A stretch of 64,000 bases of DNA from Thermoplasmata archaeon (lineage in GTDB: Archaea > Thermoplasmatota > Thermoplasmata > Lutacidiplasmatales > UBA184), in assembly GCA_028864975.1 (NCBI GenBank), contig JAGWLG010000006.1:63878-127877 (forward strand), written 5' to 3'. The position numbers were made by a program, and so were the translations under genes. The stretch's first letter is position 1. Each line of letters starts with the position of its first letter. Shown in pieces: positions 28,504 through 35,502 of the stretch. The notes beneath the pieces are model-generated. The model saw only the letters and a list, made by a program, of their open reading frames with translations, did not search any database and was not told where the DNA came from.

Positions 28504-29124
28504 CTAAAGGTGGAAGGGCGCCCCGCACTGGGGGCAGGCCTTGGCCGTAACGTCGACCAGGCTGCCGCAGTACTTGCAGGGGATCCTGACGATCTCCCGG
28601 ACGACCTCACGCACCACGGTCACGGGCCCGTCGTGCCCGGTCATCGAATGGCCTCCGCCGCGGGGCAGGATCGGGGCGATCCGAGCGAGGGCGTTCTCCT
28701 TCGCACGGTAGACCTGCTGGAAGACCGTGCTCGGGTCGTCCACGTAGTAGCTGAAGCTCCCGACACAGACCGCACGGAGGCCGTTCGGCTCTTCGCGCAG
28801 GTCGAGCAGGCCGGAGGTCAGGTAGTAGTCCCGAACAAAGTCGACCTCGCTCTCCGGATCGATGAAGTAGGTGGCGTTCGGGTCCTTCCCGAGGATCAGG
28901 ACCTTCCGGCGGGCAAAGCAACACCCTCGGGCGGTCACGATGAGGAGGCCGGGCTGGAACACGGCGTGGCCCTGCAGGTCCCCCCGGCGGGCCTGGTACA
29001 TCCCCACTAGCACGTCCTCCCCTCGGGAGAACTCCCCCTGAAGGTCCCCGACGCTCTTCTCGGTCCCCAGAGGCAAGAAATCCGAGCGGTCGTCGTTGAC
29101 GCCGGGGTGAGCCACCAGCCGCAT
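28504..29124 (-). CDS. PH/GRAM-like domain plus C-terminal zinc-ribbon protein
   Basis: C-terminal CKYCG...CPQCGAP. The central GLLIVTARGCCF...YVDDPSTV pattern resembles PH-like folds. Confidence 0.65.
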   Translation of the reverse strand: MRLVAHPGVNDDRSDFLPLGTEKSVGDLQGEFSRGEDVLVGMYQARRGDLQGHAVFQPGLLIVTARGCCFARRKVLILGKDPNATYFIDPESEVDFVRDYYLTSGLLDLREEPNGLRAVCVGSFSYYVDDPSTVFQQVYRAKENALARIAPILPRGGGHSMTGHDGPVTVVREVVREIVRIPCKYCGSLVDVTAKACPQCGAPFHL

Positions 29125-29141
29125 CCGATCCTTCCCGAGAC

Positions 29142-29741
29142 CTAGGAGAGGTGGCCCTTCTTCTGGGCGATGCTCCGCGCGAGGGAACCGAAGGCATCCC
29201 CCACCTGGTCACCGGTCTTGGCGCTGGTCTGGAAGATCGGGCTCTCCCCGAAGGCCCCGGAGGACATGCCCCGGAGCTTCTGGCGTACCTCCTCGAGGGT
29301 GAAGGTCGCAGGGAGGTCGCTCTTGTTGACGACGAACACGGCAGGGAAGTTCCCGAGCACCTCCTCCGCCGACCTCAGCCAGCCCGAGAGGGAGTCCAGG
29401 GTCTCGGATCGCGTGCCGTCGCACACCAGGAGGACCCCGTCGGCCTCCTGGTAGTACGCGGTGTAGATCGAGTCGAACCGCTCCTGCCCGATGATGTCCC
29501 AGATCTGGAGCCGGACCTCAAGAGGGCCCTTCGGCGTCTCGAGCTTCTCGACACGGGCCGTAACGTTCGTCCCCAGCGTCTCGACGTAGTGGGGGTCGAA
29601 CATCGAGAAGACGTACTGCGAGATCAGGCTCGTCTTGCCCACGGCGCCGTCGCCCAGGAGGATCAGCTTGGCCATGACGCGACGGGGCTTCCCGCCGGTG
29701 CCTGTCGACCCGCGCGTCGCCCCCCCCTTCCCCTGGGCCAT
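29142..29741 (-). CDS. Rab-like small GTPase (Ras superfamily)
   Basis: G1 GDGAVGKT, G2 YVETLG, G3 WDIIGQE, G4 NKSD, G5 TSAK. Confidence 0.93.
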   Translation of the reverse strand: MAQGKGGATRGSTGTGGKPRRVMAKLILLGDGAVGKTSLISQYVFSMFDPHYVETLGTNVTARVEKLETPKGPLEVRLQIWDIIGQERFDSIYTAYYQEADGVLLVCDGTRSETLDSLSGWLRSAEEVLGNFPAVFVVNKSDLPATFTLEEVRQKLRGMSSGAFGESPIFQTSAKTGDQVGDAFGSLARSIAQKKGHLS

Positions 29742-29763
29742 GAGGTCCCCTCACCGCTGCGAC

Positions 29764-30783
29764 CTACGGGGGGCTATAGACCTTGAGCGTGCGCAGGAGC
29801 AACGCCCGGTCACCGGAGCCGATGCCCCCGGAGGGCGTGCAGGCGAAGAGTGCCCCCTTGCCCTCGGCGAGGAGCTCCCCGATGATCGAGAGGAAGTTCC
29901 GCGTCGGCTCCACCCCATTGGCCGAGAGCAACATGGGGAGGTCCGAGAGAAGCACGACCCCGCTGGGGACGCGCTTGATGAACTCGTCGACCGTGTTGAG
30001 CATCGCCGGAAGGTTCCCGGCCTCGAGCGAAAGCAACCCTAGGCCCTCCCCCTGGACCAGGTCGTAGACCCGCACGTGGGAGAGGTCGCGGCGGGAGCGG
30101 AGCTCCTTGCCGTGCTCGGCGGTGATCGCGAGGCCCCCGCGGCGACGAGCTTCGCTCGCGAACAACGTGAGGGCGTCCACCCCGCCACCCGACTCGAGAA
30201 GGAGGGCCCCGGACAGGACGTGGGTCCCGCGACCCTTGGGCGCTTCGACGGGTACCCCGGGTCCGGGCAGTGGCGCGACCCCCCCCTCGGTGGGCGTGGC
30301 GGCGAGGATCCAGCGCAACTCCAGCACGGCCCGGTCGGGTCCGTCACTCTCGGCGAGCAGCTTTCCCACGACCCGCCGCTGGAGCAGTTCGGAGACCGCG
30401 CCCACCAGGAAACCGCGGGTGAACTCCATTCGTGTCTCCCGCGAGGCCCCGCTCGCGGCCTCCGCGACCCTGGAGAGCTCGAGAAGGAGGTGGTCATCCC
30501 CGGACTCGCGGGTCTTGATCTTGGCCAGCCCGATCTGAGCGGACATCGCCGGGATGACCTCGCCCAGCTCCTTCGCGTCCCGCACCTCGACCTGGCTCTG
30601 AAGGACCTGCCCCGCCCCGCAGCGTGCGCCGAAGGCCTGGACCACCTCCGCGACCTTGTCCTCGCGAAGGTAGAGACGAAGCGTGTTCTTGAGGAAAGCG
30701 AGGTCGCGGCTCGGTAGCGCGAGATAGTTCGCCCGGACGGGCCCCTTCTCCCCGGCTGGCACCACGCCCACGACCGACCTCAC
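29764..30783 (-). CDS. V4R-like N-terminal domain plus DUF835-like (inactive RecA/KaiC-fold) C-terminal domain
   Basis: N-terminus VQAFGARCG...AQIGLAKI...FTRGFLVGAVSELLQRRV fits V4R/HNOX/Bet3-type spacing. C-terminus GLAITAE...LLNTVDEFIK..GVVLLSDLPMLLSANG fits DUF835. Confidence 0.65.
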   Translation of the reverse strand: MRSVVGVVPAGEKGPVRANYLALPSRDLAFLKNTLRLYLREDKVAEVVQAFGARCGAGQVLQSQVEVRDAKELGEVIPAMSAQIGLAKIKTRESGDDHLLLELSRVAEAASGASRETRMEFTRGFLVGAVSELLQRRVVGKLLAESDGPDRAVLELRWILAATPTEGGVAPLPGPGVPVEAPKGRGTHVLSGALLLESGGGVDALTLFASEARRRGGLAITAEHGKELRSRRDLSHVRVYDLVQGEGLGLLSLEAGNLPAMLNTVDEFIKRVPSGVVLLSDLPMLLSANGVEPTRNFLSIIGELLAEGKGALFACTPSGGIGSGDRALLLRTLKVYSPP

Positions 30784-30850
30784 CTCCCCATCGAGCCCCG
30801 CACCTCAGATGAAAGTATCGCGCCCGCCCCGAGCGCCCCCGGGCTCGTGG

Positions 30851-32347
30851 TCAGCGCAGATGGGCGTCGGCCAGGTAGGCCAGGACCTTCTCCGCGGAAG
30901 CTTCCACGCTCGCGCCGGCCGTGTCGACGATGAGGTCGGCATGGGCGGGAGGTTCGAAGGGGTCGTTGATCCCAACCATCCTTGGGATGAGCCCCTGCGC
31001 GGCCCTCCGGTACAGGCCCTTCGTGTCCCTCTTCTGGCATTCTTCGAGGGGGCATCGGAGCCAGACCTCGACGAAGCGCTCGCCGCCGTTCGTCCGCGCC
31101 GCCTTCCGAGCGGCTTCGTGAGGCGTGCTCATCGGGACCAGCGTGGCGGCCCCGTTCTCTGCCAGCAGATGCGCGAGATGTCCCAAGCGTGCCGCGCGCC
31201 GCTCACGATCGGCCCGGGTGTGTTCGGCCGAGGTCTTGATCAATCGACGCGTCTCGGAGCCGTCCAGCACCTCCGCCCGCCATCCCTCGGCCCGTAGACC
31301 CTCCGCGACGGCCTTGGCGACGGTGGATTTGCCAGAGGAAGGGAGCCCCTCGACCCAGACGACGAAGCCCAGGCCCTCCTCGGCCCTCGCCGAGCGCCGC
31401 ACGCCGTGAGGTGCTGAAGGCCGCTGGACCGAGACGGATTGACCCACCCCGTCGGGAGTGGTGGGGCCGGCCACCCGGGCGTTCGCCGGTAGGTTCCGGA
31501 CGACCCGAACGACCAGCAGTCCTACCGTGCCGACGGCCAGGAAGAGGACCACCCAACCTATCTGCTGGCTGACCCGCGTGACCGCGACGAACAGGCCGAA
31601 GGCGATGAACGCGGTGTTCGTGAACGCGACGACCCGCAGGAAGCGACCGCGCGACAGGGAGCGGAACGCGAAGATCCCGAGAGGCACCCCGACGATCACC
31701 GGTAGGGCCAGGAGCGGCACCAACGAAAGCGACGCGGTGGTGAAGAGGGCCTTCTGCGGGACCAACAGCGTGAAGGTCAGGTACGATACCGTCGTGAGGC
31801 TGGTCTCTGCGACACGGATCTGCGCCAGCGTGCACCGGAACTCGTTCTTCCCAAGGTTCTGGTTGGTCCAAAAGGCCGCGAGCGGCGGGCCCGAGATGGT
31901 CGTGAGCGCGTAGAGGAACCCGATCCCTGTCCCTAGCCAAGGACCCCACTTCTGCTCCTGACGCACCGGGCGACGGACCCCCAGGATCTGGAGCATGGTG
32001 AAAGGTAGCAACGTCGAAAAGACGATGATCCGCACGGTCGGAGTCGAGAGGGAGGTCAGCGCGAACGTCCCGAGCGCCACTCCCGGGGCGATCCCCAGGA
32101 TCACGGGCAGCGCCCGTCGCCAAGTGAGGACCAGCATCTCCCGCTCCCGGTAGAGGAGCGAGAGGTTGACCCCGAGCTCGATCAGGACGAGGGCGGGGTA
32201 GAGCAGGGTCGGGTCCGCGAACAGGACCGCGACCGGGGTGAAGAGCGTCGAGAACCCGTAGCCCACCGCTCCGTTGGTCACGGCGGCCGCCAGGGCCATG
32301 ACCACGAGCACGAGGAGCGCGAGAGGGTCTGACCAGAGGTTGGTCAT
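30851..32347 (-). CDS. sulfite exporter TauE/SafE - adenylyl-sulfate kinase (CysC) fusion protein
   Basis: The N-terminal ~300 aa have about 8 TM and the TauE motifs GAVGYG and TTISGPP. The C-terminus has GLPSSGKST, EVWLRCPLEEC, RDTKGLY, GINDPFEPP. Single continuous frame. Confidence 0.88.
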   Translation of the reverse strand: MTNLWSDPLALLVLVVMALAAAVTNGAVGYGFSTLFTPVAVLFADPTLLYPALVLIELGVNLSLLYREREMLVLTWRRALPVILGIAPGVALGTFALTSLSTPTVRIIVFSTLLPFTMLQILGVRRPVRQEQKWGPWLGTGIGFLYALTTISGPPLAAFWTNQNLGKNEFRCTLAQIRVAETSLTTVSYLTFTLLVPQKALFTTASLSLVPLLALPVIVGVPLGIFAFRSLSRGRFLRVVAFTNTAFIAFGLFVAVTRVSQQIGWVVLFLAVGTVGLLVVRVVRNLPANARVAGPTTPDGVGQSVSVQRPSAPHGVRRSARAEEGLGFVVWVEGLPSSGKSTVAKAVAEGLRAEGWRAEVLDGSETRRLIKTSAEHTRADRERRAARLGHLAHLLAENGAATLVPMSTPHEAARKAARTNGGERFVEVWLRCPLEECQKRDTKGLYRRAAQGLIPRMVGINDPFEPPAHADLIVDTAGASVEASAEKVLAYLADAHLR

Positions 32348-32462
32348 TCGAAGCTGGGGTCACGCGGGTCCCGGTACCTATCAATCTATGGGTCCACACG
32401 GACTGCTTCCGTGCGCTCGCGCGCCCCCGATGCCCCCGGCCCAGAGGACGGTGGGGTCGATC

Positions 32463-35450
32463 TCAGTCCTTGAGCTTCTTGATGTCGATGTCGAAGGCCT
32501 TGAGGCGGGTGCGATGGCGGTAGTATCCCGATAGCAGAGCGTCCACGTAGCTCCTCAAGTGCGGGAGGGACGCGGTGGTCCCGTCCCACTCGATGAGCGA
32601 CTCGTGCCAGGCCTTCTCCATGTCCTCGAGCGCGACCGCGACCTGTCGCAGCACCTCCTTGGTGTTCCGTCCGGAGAGCACGACGGCGGCGACGAGCCGG
32701 TGCCCGCGAACGATGTGCAGTTTCATGCTCGCGAAGTCGAGAACGTTCAAGTGACCGCCCTCCGGGATGAAGGAGCGCTCGACGAACCCTTCCACCGCCT
32801 GGAGCATCCCCGTCACCACCTCGGGCTCGAGGTCCGCCCGAGCGGTGCGTGAGGCGTGCCAGACCAGCTTGCCCCCCTTGTACACGAGGAAGATCTCCTC
32901 GACGCGTGAGGGATTCGAACTGCGAAGGACGTACAGGACGAGGACGGCGGCGACCACGGCGATCCCTACGTACGGTAGCAACGTCTGCCAGAGGGGTGGG
33001 GAGGGGGGGCTCCCCACGGTCCCCGAGTAGTTCTTGAGAACGTAGATCACGATGGAGTACGAGACCGTGGGCAACCCCTGGGAAGCGATGGTGGCATTGA
33101 TCGTGCAGTTGGTGTGGGACCCGACGCTCGGGGGGAGCGTGAACGTGATGTTCGCCCCACCCCCGTGGAACGTCGTACCACTTGCGAGGGTGATCGCGAC
33201 GTAGTTGCTCGGGGGCCATGACAGACCGAGCACGACGGTGCCGGAAGGGACGGCGGTGGAGCCGCCGGAGGAGGTCACGTGACGGATCGAGAGGTTCACG
33301 GTCACCGACGCACCCGGCGGGGGCTGGGATGGGGTGGCCGACATCGCGACGGTCACGATGATGTCCGGGTTGAGGGGACGCAGCCAGTAGGCGTGCGTCC
33401 AGCTTCCCGTGTTGTTGATGGTCACTGCTTCGTAGGTCCGGGCGAACCCCGGAAGCGTGAAGGTCACGTTGTAGGTGAGCCCGGGGACCAGTGTCATGTT
33501 GAAAGTCCCGGCCCCGTTGGTCGAGTTGGTGATGCTGTACCGGGGAGGGGTCGAATTGGCAAAGACCTGGACCCCCACGAGGCGGTCCCTGTAGCCAAGG
33601 ATGCCGACCGTGCCGTTAAAGTTCGGGACCTGTCCGCTCGGGTTCGGGAGGAAGAAGTCCATCGAGGCAGGGGCCCAACCCATGGTGAAGGAGGCGTTCG
33701 TCTCGTTGAGGAAGCCGCTCCGATTGGCGGTGACGTCGTAGGACCCCGCAGGGAGCGACAGCGAGAAGCTCCCGTCGGCGAGCGTGGTCGTGTTGCTCCA
33801 GTTTCGAGGCGAACCCAGCCCCTCCGCGACCACGTGGACCCCTGCAATAGGGGACGGGTGGACAGCGCCGGAAGGCCCCAGAGGGACCTGATAGACGTAG
33901 CCCGAGAGGGAAGCGTTCGCGGGGACGACCCGGCTGCCTCCCAGGACCCACGCCTGGCTCCCTCCGGTGCTCGTCGCCGTCACGTTCCAGCTGAACGCTC
34001 CCGTCTGCGCGAACGGGGCCAAGTTCCCGGAGTAGTTCCCAGAGAGGACGGTCCCGTTCGAGACCGTTCCGGACCTGAAGGGCAAGGAGGCCGTCGAGGG
34101 AAGCCCGCCGCCAGGTGCCTGGTAGGTGACGGAGACCGAAGCGATCCCGAACCCTCCACCCTCGGTCGCGTTCCCCCAAGCGGACCAGAGGTGCCCCGCC
34201 CGAACGAGCGAAGGGATCCCGGCCGATCTCAGGGTCGGCGCAGGAGCAGGGGAAGCCCCTCCGAACGCTTGAGCGCGGAGCGTCGCCCCGGCGGACGAGA
34301 CTCCGCCTAGCAACCAAAGGGCCTGAGGCGCGGGGCCGGTCGGGCTGAACGTGGTCTCGGAGGACGGGCCGAAGGGGGGGGCCGCCAAGGCGCTCCACCG
34401 GTAACTGGTGAGGTTGAGGGACCAGAGGTCGCCCAGCCGGGTCGAGGTCCCGTTCAGGCCACCGTAGAGCAGTGCATCCCCGGTTCCGGGAACCCACCCC
34501 ATCGCCGCCTGCTCACGGCCTCCCGGGGGCACCGAGAGGAGGGTATCGTTGGTCCAGTTCGACCATCGGGTCGTCGGCCATGAGAGGTTCCAGGTCTCCT
34601 CCGTCTGTGGGAGGTTCGCGTTCGCGATGCCCCCAAAAATGGCCACGCCCTTCGTGGTCGCAGCGGACCCTGGATAGAAGACATCGCGAGGAGCTCGCAC
34701 CGTGTGGACCTGGGTCCAGGCGAGGGTCGACACGGAGTAGGTCCAAGTGTCGTTGAGCGACGTGACATACCCTTCTCCTCCGAAGATCAGCAGCTGGTCT
34801 CCCGAGGGGTCGGACCCGAAGGCCATCCCCCCCCGCGCCGGTGGTGAGGCGCCTACGACGTTGACCGGCCTCCACGTCAAGTTCTGAGGATAGAACCACC
34901 AGGTATCGCTGTCGAAGTTCCCGGGAGAAGCGCGGCCGCCGAAGAGGACAAAGATCCCGGCGCCGCTGTCCCAGATCAGGGCCGCATCGCTGCGGACCGA
35001 TGGGGCCCGATCGAGGGCGACCCGGTGCAGGGTCTGGTTCGCGTACCAGACAGCCCACGTGTCGTTGAGCGGGGTCGGGGTCCCGACCGTCCCCGTGAAT
35101 CCCCCGAAAACGAGCGTCAGCCCGTCCTTTGGGTCGTTAGCGACCGCGGCACCGGCCCTTGGAGGCATGGACGCGGGCAGGCTCGCTGACCACCAGCTGA
35201 TCGCCGAGACCCCGCTGCCAGTGCCCTTGGGAGACGCCGGCGGCGCTGCCGCGCTCAGGACGAGGTCGGGAGCCGGCACCGCATGCTGGGGCGGAAGAGG
35301 AGATGCGAATGGGGCGGGACTCTCGGACGAGGACAAGCCCAGCGGTGCCTGCGGACCTGCATGGGCCGCCAAGGGGACTCCTAGCAGGGGAACCCCTGCG
35401 GGTAGGAGAAGCGCGGAGAGGACCGCGACTCGGAGCCCCTCGGTTCTCAC
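32463..35450 (-). CDS. single-pass surface protein: Kelch beta-propeller, carboxypeptidase-regulatory-like (Ig) domains, TM, cytoplasmic longin/roadblock-like domain
   Basis: Six Kelch-like repeats (LVFGG..NDTW, VLFGG..SDTW, LIFGG..NDTW, AIFGG..EETW, LLYGG..GDLW, WLLGG). TM LLPYVGIAVVAAVLVLYVL. Tail VEEIFLVYKGGKLVWH...VVTGMLQAVEGFVERSF. GTG start at 35450. Confidence 0.85.
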   Translation of the reverse strand: MRTEGLRVAVLSALLLPAGVPLLGVPLAAHAGPQAPLGLSSSESPAPFASPLPPQHAVPAPDLVLSAAAPPASPKGTGSGVSAISWWSASLPASMPPRAGAAVANDPKDGLTLVFGGFTGTVGTPTPLNDTWAVWYANQTLHRVALDRAPSVRSDAALIWDSGAGIFVLFGGRASPGNFDSDTWWFYPQNLTWRPVNVVGASPPARGGMAFGSDPSGDQLLIFGGEGYVTSLNDTWTYSVSTLAWTQVHTVRAPRDVFYPGSAATTKGVAIFGGIANANLPQTEETWNLSWPTTRWSNWTNDTLLSVPPGGREQAAMGWVPGTGDALLYGGLNGTSTRLGDLWSLNLTSYRWSALAAPPFGPSSETTFSPTGPAPQALWLLGGVSSAGATLRAQAFGGASPAPAPTLRSAGIPSLVRAGHLWSAWGNATEGGGFGIASVSVTYQAPGGGLPSTASLPFRSGTVSNGTVLSGNYSGNLAPFAQTGAFSWNVTATSTGGSQAWVLGGSRVVPANASLSGYVYQVPLGPSGAVHPSPIAGVHVVAEGLGSPRNWSNTTTLADGSFSLSLPAGSYDVTANRSGFLNETNASFTMGWAPASMDFFLPNPSGQVPNFNGTVGILGYRDRLVGVQVFANSTPPRYSITNSTNGAGTFNMTLVPGLTYNVTFTLPGFARTYEAVTINNTGSWTHAYWLRPLNPDIIVTVAMSATPSQPPPGASVTVNLSIRHVTSSGGSTAVPSGTVVLGLSWPPSNYVAITLASGTTFHGGGANITFTLPPSVGSHTNCTINATIASQGLPTVSYSIVIYVLKNYSGTVGSPPSPPLWQTLLPYVGIAVVAAVLVLYVLRSSNPSRVEEIFLVYKGGKLVWHASRTARADLEPEVVTGMLQAVEGFVERSFIPEGGHLNVLDFASMKLHIVRGHRLVAAVVLSGRNTKEVLRQVAVALEDMEKAWHESLIEWDGTTASLPHLRSYVDALLSGYYRHRTRLKAFDIDIKKLKD

Positions 35451-35502
35451 CCACCGGGAATGCACGTTGGACCTTCGCTCCCCCCAACAGCTCTGGAGGG
35501 CC

